Below are positions 1 through 9,248 of a stretch of 64,000 nucleotides of DNA, one piece after another. The stretch lies in the NCBI GenBank assembly GCA_027310185.1, contig DAIDBH010000019.1:128807-192806 (forward strand), in the 5' to 3' direction. Every line of letters begins with the position of its first letter. Position 1 is the first letter of the stretch. The notes under the pieces are model-generated. The model saw nothing but the letters and a program-made list of their open reading frames with translations, was not told where the DNA came from and did not search any database. A program made the translations under genes and the position numbers. Source of the stretch: Thermoplasmatales archaeon (GTDB lineage: Archaea > Thermoplasmatota > Thermoplasmata > Thermoplasmatales > Thermoplasmataceae).

Positions 1-2
1 GG

Positions 3-410
3 GAGGCACCAAAAAGTGTACTGAAAAAATTTACCGATAAATTCCCAGAGGTTGACGGAGAGGTAGTTCATACCATGGCTCATCAGATCCCGTTGACAAA
101 GCCATCAGATCAGGTGGTAAGGGAAAATCAGCTGTGGGTAGGTGATATGGTTAATGCTGTCCTCAACACAACTGCTGGAGGTCTTCAGGGTGCGTTCTGG
201 TCAGGAAAGGAAGCAGCCTTAGCAATTGCCAATAACGATCTTGAGCAGTACCAGAAAATATGGGATAGCCAGATAAGGCCATGGCTAATGAAGCACAACC
301 AATTACACTCTAAGATTCACGCAAAAGGAGAAAAAAGTGTAGGTAGATATATTACTCTGGCAAAGATCATGCCAAAGTCAATTAAGATGAAGGTTTTTGG
401 AGGTTTATAA
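3..410 (+). CDS. Geranylgeranyl reductase-like FAD-dependent oxidoreductase, C-terminal part (5' truncated by window)
   Basis: Frame is open from the window start. VGDMVNAVLNTTAGGLQGAFWSGKEAA resembles the GDAA..P.TGGGI..A..SG..AA motif of GGR-family flavoproteins. Confidence 0.65.
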   Translation, partial: EAPKSVLKKFTDKFPEVDGEVVHTMAHQIPLTKPSDQVVRENQLWVGDMVNAVLNTTAGGLQGAFWSGKEAALAIANNDLEQYQKIWDSQIRPWLMKHNQLHSKIHAKGEKSVGRYITLAKIMPKSIKMKVFGGL

Positions 411-532
411 TTTTATATAATAAATATAACCTTAATGCGCACTCTTTTTATTTGTTAAATTGTCACAAAAAAGCAGCTTTCCTTCTGTAGTCTTTAAAAA
501 ATGTTTATAAACAATACCTGCATTTTGAACAT

Positions 533-1579
533 ATGGATGCGAAAGGATATGCGGCACAGGAAGCTGGAGGAAAATTATCACCATTTGAGTTCGAAAGACG
601 TGGACTTCGAGATAAGGATGTTTTAATCGATATAAAGTACTGTGGAATCTGCCATTCAGACATTCATCAGGTAAATAATGATTGGGGAGGAGCATCATAT
701 CCGATGGTTCCAGGACATGAAATAGTTGGGATTGTAAACAGCGTTGGCAACGGTGTTACAAAATTTAAACCTGGAGATAGGGTTGGCGTAGGGTGCATGG
801 TTGATTCATGTGGTCAGTGCGAACCATGTAAGATGGGACTACAGCAATACTGTGAAAATGGTGCAACATTTACCTATAGTTCAAAAGATAAAGTAAGCGG
901 TGGGGTCACTTACGGAGGATACTCGGATAAGATAGTTGTTGTTGAGAATTTTGTTCTTAAAGTTTCGGAGAAACTTGATTTTGCAGCTACTGCTCCTTTA
1001 CTATGCGCAGGTATTACGACATATTCTCCATTGAAACACTGGAAAGTTAAACCTGGTCAGACAGTTGGCGTTGCAGGGTTAGGAGGACTTGGTCATATGG
1101 CTGTTAAGTTAGCTAAATCTATGGGAGCAAACGTTGTTGTTTTAACAACTTCGGAAAAGAAGAAGGATGAGGCAAAGAGACTTGGAGCGGATAAAGTGAT
1201 CATGTCCAGGGATATGGAAGAAATGAAGAAAAACAGAATGTCAATGGATCTCATAATTGATACTATACCTGCACCACACGATATGAATCTCTATATATCA
1301 CTTCTGAAGATTGATGGCAGCATTGTTCTTGTTGGATTGCCGGAAAAGGAATCTCAACATGTTATTTCTGCAGGTTCACTGATAAATGGAAGAAGGTCGG
1401 TCAGCGGATCAAATATAGGTGGGATAGAAGAAACGCAGGAGATGTTAGATTATTGCGATCAGCACAATATTGTTTCAGACATAGAGCTCATACCAATGTC
1501 AATGGTCAATGAAGCGTATATACGAACAGTGAATTCAGATGTAAAGTACCGGTTTGTTATTGACATGAGTACACTATAG
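533..1579 (+). CDS. Zn-dependent NAD(P) alcohol dehydrogenase (cinnamyl ADH/YahK-like)
   Basis: CGICHSD, GHEIVG, structural Zn motif CGQCEPC..C, APLLCAGITTYSPL, GLGGLG and C-terminal YRFVID. Confidence 0.95.
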   Translation: MDAKGYAAQEAGGKLSPFEFERRGLRDKDVLIDIKYCGICHSDIHQVNNDWGGASYPMVPGHEIVGIVNSVGNGVTKFKPGDRVGVGCMVDSCGQCEPCKMGLQQYCENGATFTYSSKDKVSGGVTYGGYSDKIVVVENFVLKVSEKLDFAATAPLLCAGITTYSPLKHWKVKPGQTVGVAGLGGLGHMAVKLAKSMGANVVVLTTSEKKKDEAKRLGADKVIMSRDMEEMKKNRMSMDLIIDTIPAPHDMNLYISLLKIDGSIVLVGLPEKESQHVISAGSLINGRRSVSGSNIGGIEETQEMLDYCDQHNIVSDIELIPMSMVNEAYIRTVNSDVKYRFVIDMSTL

Positions 1580-1689
1580 TCAATATAAATAAATATCCAG
1601 AAGTCTACTACTATCTACCAATTTTTCCTTATTTGAACACGTACTTCTAAAGAAAGGTAAATATGCAATATTCCATTACGGAAATTTGT

Positions 1690-1761
1690 GGATAGGTGGC
1701 AGAGAGGTTATGCGTAAGACTGCAGATCTTATTTATTAGGGTTCAAATCCCTACCTATCCT
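1690..1761 (+). tRNA. tRNA-Cys (GCA), intronless, CCA not encoded
   Basis: Cloverleaf: acceptor GGATAGG/CCTATCC, D arm GCAG-AGAGGTTA-TGC, anticodon stem TAAGA/TCTTA with loop CT-GCA-GA, T arm TAGGG-TTCAAAT-CCCTA, discriminator U. Confidence 0.93.
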
Positions 1762-1837
1762 TATAATGTTGCTTAGTATCATACATGCGTTAATTATCTC
1801 CCCGCACCTTTTATTACACAATAGATGGCAACTGCTT

Positions 1838-2410
1838 TCAAATATTTTCGGCAGAACCCGTTGGCATTAATTCTAATACTTGTATTTTCTGATATTTGTT
1901 TTCGAGTAATTTATATACTCTCAGCGACTTAACAATGAACGGCTGAAAGTCAGGAAAATATTTGTTGGCCAACTTCATCATTTCTGACAACTCAATTTCA
2001 CTCATCCCATATTCTTTAGACCCTAGAGTCAAATGTGGTTCGTAAAGATCAAGTTCGTAGTATCTCTTACTAATTTCCGGATTGGGGTGAATTGCTTCCA
2101 CAATCTTGCGATGCAGCTCATTAATTCTATGGGGTTCCACGCCAAGGTAAACAACAGAATTTCCGAAAGATTTTACTCCCTTTATGGACAAGTTAAAGAT
2201 AGGGAAGGTACTGCAAATGGCTTTGATAGAATCTATCCAGCATTCATCTTCATTCAGACAAGCCTGCGATTTGACGGTTACGTGAGGTTCTACAAAATCT
2301 GGTAAGGTATTACTTGACCACTTTCTTTGGAATTCCGTTATTTCTTCAGCATATTTCTTTGGTGGTACGATAGCAATAAAATATTCCACACTCACTGATG
2401 TATATGACAA
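1838..2410 (-). CDS. 2H phosphoesterase (2'-5' RNA ligase family)
   Basis: Two HxT motifs, PHVTV and PHLTL, at typical spacing. Confidence 0.85.
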   Translation of the reverse strand: MSYTSVSVEYFIAIVPPKKYAEEITEFQRKWSSNTLPDFVEPHVTVKSQACLNEDECWIDSIKAICSTFPIFNLSIKGVKSFGNSVVYLGVEPHRINELHRKIVEAIHPNPEISKRYYELDLYEPHLTLGSKEYGMSEIELSEMMKLANKYFPDFQPFIVKSLRVYKLLENKYQKIQVLELMPTGSAENI

Positions 2411-2613
2411 TAGTTGCTATAAAGCTATTTTCATAAAACCAATATAGATATCCTCAGGGAAGGCAAACAACACAACTTTTTTTGTGTGGTTACGCTGTTT
2501 CCAAAGTACGATCTGCAAAATCCAAAAATACCTTTTATGGGAGACTAAATCATTCCAGTTAACAATTTATTCCCTTACAAAATACTTAAATCAGTATTTA
2601 TAGTTCATGTTTA

Positions 2614-2790
2614 GTGAAATTTACAATTATATTTGAACAACAAGATGATGTCGGGTTTAATGTGTCCGTACCGGCACTTCCAGGTTGCATATCTGAAGGT
2701 AAGGAAAGAGAAGAGGCTCTCAAAAATATCAAGGAAGCAATAGAACTGTATCTGGAAGTTTTAAAGGAAGATGGAAAAACTACGCCTTAG
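2614..2790 (+). CDS. hicB: HicB-family antitoxin (short, possibly truncated by premature TAG; not in ORF track)
   Basis: Manual translation from GTG gives MKFTIIFEQQDDVGFNVSVPALPGCISEGKEREEALKNIKEAIELYLEVLKEDGKTTP. The P.LPGC.S.G....EAL.NIKEAIELYL signature is present. No hicA was seen next to it. Confidence 0.8.
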   Translation: MKFTIIFEQQDDVGFNVSVPALPGCISEGKEREEALKNIKEAIELYLEVLKEDGKTTP

Positions 2791-2933
2791 GTAGTTAGCA
2801 AGGAAGTTACCCCGTATTCCAAAATTTGTGGTAGAATTCTCACAAAAACATCATTGAAATGTTCTTACAATCTTCCTCTTATCAATCTCATGTAGTAAGC
2901 ATCACTAAGTTACACTTAGCAGCGGTTACAATA

Positions 2934-3194
2934 TCAATTATAAACTTCGCCCTTTTGTTCAAATCTCAATAAAATAATGGAATTTCCATTTATTGCATAT
3001 ATTAACCTAAACAGGGCTATTCTGATGGTGCTCTCACCCTTCAAAGCATATTTGAGTGGCTTTCCAATTTCTGGGTTTTCTATTATTCTTTTAATTTTCT
3101 TCTCCAGTCTCCCTTTGATTTTCTTATCCATCACTTTCTTTACTTCGTGTTCAAATTTAGAAGTGTAGACAATACTGTTTATACGTATTACCAT
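2934..3194 (-). CDS. relE: RelE/ParE family toxin
   Basis: 86 aa, NPEIGKPLK..LKG....RI...RLIY pattern; overlaps the upstream antitoxin. Confidence 0.8.
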   Translation of the reverse strand: MVIRINSIVYTSKFEHEVKKVMDKKIKGRLEKKIKRIIENPEIGKPLKYALKGESTIRIALFRLIYAINGNSIILLRFEQKGEVYN

Positions 3195-3481
3195 TCTTTT
3201 AACTCTTCGAAGAAATCATCTTTGGAAAGGACCTTATACTTCCCTTTATCAATGTCCTCCCATGCTTCCTCAATGAGTCTTAGTGTTTTAATATCTTCAG
3301 GAGATACGCTTGAGCTAACTCTTTTCAAGACAATCAAATCATCTTGTGCAGTAACTGCAAGAAAGCTTCCCATGCCAATATGGAGTTTCTTGCGTATATT
3401 AGATGGAATAACGATCTGCCCCTTTGAACTAGTTTTAATGAACTCAGTTTCGATTTTTTCTTTGCTCAAGATTGTAATCAT
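3188..3481 (-). CDS. AbrB/MazE/SpoVT family antitoxin
   Basis: KTSSKGQIVIPSNIRKKLHI..G swapped-hairpin motif; acidic C-terminus; paired with relE. Confidence 0.85.
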   Translation of the reverse strand: MITILSKEKIETEFIKTSSKGQIVIPSNIRKKLHIGMGSFLAVTAQDDLIVLKRVSSSVSPEDIKTLRLIEEAWEDIDKGKYKVLSKDDFFEELKEW

Positions 3482-3795
3482 TTCTTACTTTCAAATAAAC
3501 ATTTTTATTTGACTCTTGGCAATATACAAATTCTTAACATATAACATTGGGAGAAAGATCACACACCTTGAATAACCATCCTAATTCTACAAACAATAAT
3601 ACTGAATTTCAAACCAAGAAAAGACAAATCCTTTTTTTGGAAACAATTTTTGGCCATTGAAAAATTCAAAAAAAAATGATCTTAGAATCACAGTCCTGAT
3701 TCGTGAGTAGAATTCAAGTAAGAAACATTTTTCTTAATGTTCAAAGGAAGGGGTTCATTGAACTTGTTCATTTAGTATCCACTGAATTAAATAAC

Positions 3796-3815
3796 CGAAT
3801 TCCTACTTATCCTTA
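3796..3815 (+). repeat. Degenerate direct repeat of the tRNA-Cys 3' end (att-like)
   Basis: CGAATTCCTACTTATCCTTA versus CAAATCCCTACCTATCCTTA at 1744-1763: 17/20 identical. Confidence 0.6.
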
Positions 3816-3922
3816 GAAACTTGTTTAATCACTTTTTGCTTAAATAAATACGCTTGCTGAAGATCTATATATAGTAAATGCTTGTAAATTAAGTCAATAT
3901 GAGGTGGATATTGGATTGAAAA

Positions 3923-4556
3923 GTCGCTATGGTAGCTGGAGCATTAAGAGGAGCAGGACGCGGTATAGCAATAGAAATGTGTAGAGTGGTTGAGTATGTG
4001 TATCAAACAGGAAGAAGTTCAAAATTATCGGGAAGATCTGAAATAGGTTGCCCAGAGACTATTGAGAATACCGGTTGGATTGATGATAGAGAATGTAGGA
4101 ATGGATGAAGCCCTTAAGGTGGATCATCTCGACATTGAAGCAATCAGGGTCCTTGTTAATAAGGTTGAAAGAGATAATAAAAAACTTGACATTCTCATAA
4201 ACGACATTTATGGTGGAGGTCGATACATGGAGCTGGACAGGAAACTATGGGAACATGATATAATGGGCAGATTTAGAACGCTCTGAATAGAGATTGAGAC
4301 CCATCTCATAACAGATACAATAGTCAATTCACTAATTCCTCAAACTGGTTATGGAACCGTAGTGGAGATGACAGGCGGCAATTTTGAATATAACAAGAAT
4401 TACCGTAAGGATGACGGGTTTTATTATGACATGGGCAAAGCTGCAGTAGGTAGAATAGTAACCGGACTCAGTGTAGAACTTAAGGACAGGACTTGCACAA
4501 CAATAGGGGTGACTACTGGGTGGTTACGTTCAGAAGCAATGCTTGAAAACCTGTAA
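3923..4556 (+). pseudogene. SDR-family oxidoreductase pseudogene
   Basis: VAMVAGALRGAGRGIAIE Rossmann motif, a frameshift near 4075, then LDILINDIYGG, an in-frame TGA at 4284-4286, the YDMGK (YxxxK) motif, GWLRSEAML and truncation. Confidence 0.85.
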
Positions 4557-4735
4557 GAATTATATGAGAAGATCTTGTCTAGAATCGGTCAAACCGAGGA
4601 ATATTATATCCTTCATTACGTATCATTTTTAACAATTGTTGATAGTTTTTACCAAAAGCAAAATGATAATAAAAATAATAACAGGTAATGAACCGAACGC
4701 ATAGTATATATCTGTGATATGCCATACAGTAGTGT

Positions 4736-4963
4736 ATGACACGACTTGTAAGTATACGTGTGGATGATAAGATACTGGCAGAAGCTAGGAGATTGAAGAT
4801 AAATTACTCAGAGGTTATGAGAGAATCACTGAAGAAAGAAATAGAGAGAAGAAATGACAAAGACTTCTTAGAAAGTCTTTCTAGGATACATGAAATACTA
4901 AAGAACGTTGACCGCAACCAGCTTCTAAGTGATTTGAGAAAAGATAGAGATCAAAGGCAATAG
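4736..4963 (+). CDS. vapB: VapB/CcdA-like RHH antitoxin
   Basis: VSIRVDD......A....IN.SEV.R..L pattern, immediately upstream of a PIN toxin. Confidence 0.8.
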   Translation: MTRLVSIRVDDKILAEARRLKINYSEVMRESLKKEIERRNDKDFLESLSRIHEILKNVDRNQLLSDLRKDRDQRQ

Positions 4964-4965
4964 AG

Positions 4966-5391
4966 TTGGATTCGAGCTATATTTTGGATTCGAGTTCACT
5001 CTTCACCCTATTCTTCATGGATTCGAAGGAAGGCGTCCGAGAAATTATGAAAGAATCATATGTGCTGGATCTGACTGGATATGAGATCGGAAGCATCCTG
5101 ACAAAGGGAAATGATGGCCACATAAAAGGGCTTGAAAGAAAACTAATATTAGATTTAACAAAAGAAATTGAGAAGGTGGTTGCCAAAATCAGAGTGATCA
5201 AGCTTGAACCCTTGGATATCGCAGAGATAATGAAACTTTCACTCTCAACAGGACTTACATTTTATGACGCATCATATGTTTTCTACTGCAAATTACATCA
5301 AGTGGCTTTACTGACTGATGACAAAGAAATGTATAGAGAGGCTTTAAAGCTGGGATTGAAGGTAAAGAAGATTGAAGAGGTTTTCAGTTGA
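4966..5391 (+). CDS. vapC: VapC PIN-domain toxin
   Basis: YILDSS, LTGYE, LTFYDASY and LLTDD acidic PIN residues. Confidence 0.88.
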   Translation: MDSSYILDSSSLFTLFFMDSKEGVREIMKESYVLDLTGYEIGSILTKGNDGHIKGLERKLILDLTKEIEKVVAKIRVIKLEPLDIAEIMKLSLSTGLTFYDASYVFYCKLHQVALLTDDKEMYREALKLGLKVKKIEEVFS

Positions 5392-5483
5392 GGCGGGTAC
5401 AATTTCAGATTAACAGAAAATCAACTATGAAGAGACAATGTCTTGCAAGTTTTCAATATCTACTTAATTGGATAAACAACGCG

Positions 5484-5494
5484 CTACCTATCCT
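5484..5494 (+). repeat. Second short direct repeat of the tRNA-Cys 3' end
   Basis: CTACCTATCCT is identical to 1751-1761, is intergenic and has the same orientation. Confidence 0.45.
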
Positions 5495-5567
5495 CTTTCA
5501 CTTGATTCAGCCGGTTCAAACGTAAAATTCCTGGTCAATACGTTTTTATAAAACCTATTTATAAAGA

Positions 5568-6068
5568 ATGATGACTGCAGAACTTTTGCTGAGAAAGCCT
5601 GTAGAAGCAGACATTGAAAGTATGTACATTATGCTGAAAAATTCACTAAGTCCGTATCTGACGGTTAACAACTATTCTTCTAAAAATCTCCAATTGATCA
5701 TTGATAGAAATATAGTTGAGGATTATGTGAAAAAGGATGTTTATCTGTGCATGGTCGCTGAGATCAATTTAGAAATTGCAGGATGGCTGGCTGGAAGCAG
5801 CAAGACCGACATTCTCTCTGAGCATAGCTGTTCATTAGGGGATTTTTATATCGAAGAGATAGTAGTCGGTTCTCACTACAGAAGAAAAGGCATCGGTAGC
5901 TTTCTGTTAAGAGGAATACCAAAGGATCAGTTGAAAGCTATTGTCGTAGATACGCCACTGATTAATAAACAAGCTATTGAATTTTACGAGAAAAGCGGAT
6001 TCGTAAAGGTTCTCGGACTATCAGAAGAATTCCATAGGACATGGACCAGAATGTCAAAACCTGTCTGA
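5568..6068 (+). CDS. GNAT family N-acetyltransferase
   Basis: V...YRRKGIGSFLL acetyl-CoA motif A and N..AIEFYEKSGF motif B. Confidence 0.9.
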   Translation: MMTAELLLRKPVEADIESMYIMLKNSLSPYLTVNNYSSKNLQLIIDRNIVEDYVKKDVYLCMVAEINLEIAGWLAGSSKTDILSEHSCSLGDFYIEEIVVGSHYRRKGIGSFLLRGIPKDQLKAIVVDTPLINKQAIEFYEKSGFVKVLGLSEEFHRTWTRMSKPV

Positions 6069-6085
6069 ACGCATTTGCCTGGGAT

Positions 6086-6345
6086 TTACAAGTCATCATA
6101 ATCATTCTTTCTGTTTCCCACATCAATGAAAAGTATTACGAGTTTCTCCCTTTATATACTCATGATTACCCCTTACTTTCCTGTTCTCAGGCTATAAAGT
6201 GGGACCCCCTTGAGACTTTTAATGTAATGAAACGGATTCTTGCTGACAAACTTCATCTTTTCCAAAATTCTTTCGGCGTCAATCCATTCCATTTCTCCAA
6301 GAACCGGGCAGTTGTTTCTGTCCATTTGACCTCATAATCAGGCAA
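6086..6345 (-). pseudogene. RelE-family toxin pseudogene
   Basis: Manual translation MPDYEVKWTETTARFLEK/(frameshift)MEWIDAERILEKMKFVSKNPFHYIKSLKGVPLYSLRTGK*GVIMSI*REKLVILFIDVGNRKNDYDDL shows one frameshift and two stops. Confidence 0.8.
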
Positions 6346-6568
6346 TTTTTAGCCTCTTCCTCACTTCATCAGTTGTATATACCCTACTCTCTTTAATGTC
6401 TTTCAGTGACATTTCTATCATCTCAATTGTATCTTTAGAAAGGGGTTCCTGGTCCTCTGCCTGTTCTGAAAGTCTTCTTATGACTGAATCGTAAGACTCG
6501 TTTGGGTAGAGTCTCAAAGCATTGAGCCTTTCCTTAAGGTCCTTTTTAATTTGAATAGTTGTCTCCAC
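6338..6568 (-). CDS. Putative RHH-type antitoxin partner of the RelE pseudogene
   Basis: From GTG: METTIQIKKDLKERLNALRLYPNESYDSVIRRL...SLKDIKESRVYTTDEVRKRL, a typical archaeal RelE-associated antitoxin; overlaps the toxin start. Confidence 0.75.
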   Translation of the reverse strand: METTIQIKKDLKERLNALRLYPNESYDSVIRRLSEQAEDQEPLSKDTIEMIEMSLKDIKESRVYTTDEVRKRLKIA

Positions 6569-6902
6569 ATTAATATAATTATACGTATATAGATAATGTT
6601 TACTACAGGTAGTTATAACAAGACGAAGCAGCTTATGGGTACTATCCACGTAATTAAATAATCGAATCACTATCTATTCTCTGTTCTATCGTAATATGTT
6701 TTTGAATATATCTCTAGGAACGAAAATTTGATTGGGGTGAGCTTCACTAAATAAAACAGTTGATTGCATGCATTTGTGACCTATTGTAATAGTATTTTTC
6801 TGCTCAATCAAAAGTAATCAAGACATTTGTAGCAATTAAACATCACTCGCAAAATTTATTTGCGTCTAATTTACCTTTCGCATTAATTTTGGATTTATCA
6901 TT

Positions 6903-7123
6903 CTATTTCATGATCTTAACATTCCCACTTCTAAGGTAGGCGAGAGCTTTGTACTGATTAATTAGGACTTCATCGTTGGCCACACTTATTCCAAATATTA
7001 GGAGATCACTATCACTTATCATCTCTCCACTTGACTTTAACTTTTTCGATAGGCATTCGCCCTTGCCTTAGCTGACGAGTCGTTAGAATGATATACTCGA
7101 AGGTTTTGTATCACATCTTCCAT
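6903..7123 (-). pseudogene. VapC/PIN toxin C-terminal remnant
   Basis: Reverse strand reads ...AYR/KKLKSSGEMISDSDLLIFGISVANDEVLIN..., matching the G..I...DLLI...A......L.T PIN C-terminus. It is frameshifted and lacks the N-terminus. Confidence 0.65.
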
Positions 7124-7146
7124 GATTTTTCTACTAGTTTACCAGA

Positions 7147-7515
7147 TTATTTTGTACCTTTAATCGATCTTAAGACATGAAAGCGTATGCAATCCATTAT
7201 GCGATCATGATGATTAGAACGATGTAGGGCCACGTAATCTAGAATTTTACCCTGTAAGGGAATAACATTTGGATTTGATATGATTGCTTCAAATACCGAT
7301 TTTGGGTCGGGGACCTTCTGTAACTTATGGCCCGAGACTGACTCTTCTATGAATTTATCGGTATCAATAATCCATTGTGCTATAGTTCGCTCTATGTCAT
7401 CTCTATTTATTGAAAGCTTTTTGCTAATAAATTTCACTGACTTATTTTCGCACCTTAGACGTGCAATCTCTTCTTCTCGTTTAGGATTCATGCCTGCAAA
7501 GTCTATGGCAAACAA
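7147..7515 (-). CDS. Hypothetical protein with possible N-terminal HTH
   Basis: 122-aa ORF; IARLR.ENKSVKFISKKLSINR resembles an HTH. Confidence 0.6.
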   Translation of the reverse strand: MFAIDFAGMNPKREEEIARLRCENKSVKFISKKLSINRDDIERTIAQWIIDTDKFIEESVSGHKLQKVPDPKSVFEAIISNPNVIPLQGKILDYVALHRSNHHDRIMDCIRFHVLRSIKGTK

Positions 7516-7689
7516 CTAGTATAAAATGATCCAATGATACTGAATATGTTGTTATGCTCTATCGATTTTGGATGTGAAGGAAATTATCTTACTACCATTG
7601 ATTATCACGATTTCTTATAAAATTTATAATTTCAACATAAACTTATTAGCAAATCTACAGGTTATTAAGCCAAGGAAGCAACCTATGTA

Positions 7690-8949
7690 TTACGAAGTTT
7701 TACGTGCTAAATAAAGTATGGCTGCACCTATCAAATAGAATATTCCAGAAAGAGTGAATAAAGCAGTGAAACCATCCGCTGAAGTTTGACCAAAAAATAG
7801 CAGGGCACTTCCATAAATTAATGGGGAGAATGAGGAAGCTCCAGCAATGGATAGATAAAACAGTGACATGTATTTTCCAGACTCATTTTCAGGTATTAGA
7901 TCACTTGCGACGGCAAATGAAACGCTGTAAAATGTACCGTAGGTTGCTCCAATTATTGACCCTAATATAAGAAAGATATAAAACGATCTAAAATATGGGA
8001 TCATGAATGTTGGGATAGATGCTGCAACTGCATCAACTATTATGATATTCCATCTACCCAATCTGGTTGAGAAATGACCAAGTAGCATTGCAGATGCGGA
8101 TGATACAATGATTACAACGATTCCAGCAATTCCAACGTAAATTGCAGGATTTGAGAAATTGAGTACTTCCTTGAAGAAATACAATTCGAAGTAGGTAAGG
8201 CCGGTGATTCCAGAGAAAACAAAGAAACTTCCTGCTATCAATTTCGCGAACTTCCTCAGGTTAATTGGAAACTTTCTAATGCTGGAAATATGCGGTAGAG
8301 ATATACCGGTATGGCTGTAATGAGCATCTAGAATTACCGTCCTCCTGCCATGCAATGCAAGTAATGTCCCTGTTCCAGTAATTGCGATGCCAGCTGCAAT
8401 AGTGTAAAAATCATAACCTACAAATGGTGATGATATCAGGTAAGATGTAAGACCAAACCCAAGTCCAGTTCCCATAAGCGAAAAGAGACCATTTATCCCT
8501 GCTGAAGTTCCACGCTGTTCCTTGTTCTGAATTTCTGCTAGGACTGGTTGCGTTGCTCCAATTGCCATATTTGAAAATGCCTGGAGCAGGATGTAACCTG
8601 ATAGAATTCCCACTAAGGATCCAGATATAAATGGCTCTACAGAGAGGGTAAGAATTACAACAACAATACCTGCGATTATGTACGGATATCTAGAAGTCTT
8701 TCCATTCCTCAATCGATCGCTCAGTATCCCTGCGAGAAGATTTCCCATCATTCCGAATGCATTTCCAACGGATGCGGTTACTCCTAGAATAAAACCAACC
8801 TGACGTGGATCCACAACTGCTCCTATTTGAGTCGGAAGTATAAGGGATTCAAGGGAAATCCACAGATAATTGGACCCAAGATATAGCATATTATAGCCGA
8901 ATAAAAATCGATTTTTGACTCTCTGTGATGAGTCCATTTTACAAAACAA
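7690..8949 (-). CDS. MFS transporter
   Basis: About 12 hydrophobic segments; GILSDRL and GHFSTRLGRW motif A-like loops. Confidence 0.9.
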   Translation of the reverse strand: MFCKMDSSQRVKNRFLFGYNMLYLGSNYLWISLESLILPTQIGAVVDPRQVGFILGVTASVGNAFGMMGNLLAGILSDRLRNGKTSRYPYIIAGIVVVILTLSVEPFISGSLVGILSGYILLQAFSNMAIGATQPVLAEIQNKEQRGTSAGINGLFSLMGTGLGFGLTSYLISSPFVGYDFYTIAAGIAITGTGTLLALHGRRTVILDAHYSHTGISLPHISSIRKFPINLRKFAKLIAGSFFVFSGITGLTYFELYFFKEVLNFSNPAIYVGIAGIVVIIVSSASAMLLGHFSTRLGRWNIIIVDAVAASIPTFMIPYFRSFYIFLILGSIIGATYGTFYSVSFAVASDLIPENESGKYMSLFYLSIAGASSFSPLIYGSALLFFGQTSADGFTALFTLSGIFYLIGAAILYLARKTS

Positions 8950-9248
8950 TATATTACACGTCTATTAAACATTTTTAAGCCAATTCGCTCTGATAGATAG
9001 TCACAGACTACATCATTAGATTCAAGGGTTTATGCCTTATTACTTTAAAAAGTAACAATGTTAAAGATATACGTCAATTAACAGTGTGTAATATATCATA
9101 AAAATCATGTTAAAGCTTATCTAGACTAGTGATATTAGTACTGGACTAATGAAATGTTAACGAATATAATTATATATGACCTTAGAAGAAATGAAGTAAG
9201 AAGTGGGAAATTTAGAGATAATGATCTAAATTTATTTTATAAGGTGAG

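Noticed and set aside
2788-2790. Pyrrolysine read-through of the hicB TAG (frame continues VVSKEV)
   Set aside because: No pyl genes are in the window and they are not expected in this lineage. A nonsense mutation in a decaying island is simpler.
9164-9175. ATATAATTATAT palindrome upstream of the Ni/Co permease as a NikR site
   Set aside because: It is AT-only and low in complexity, and does not match the spaced NikR half-site arrangement.
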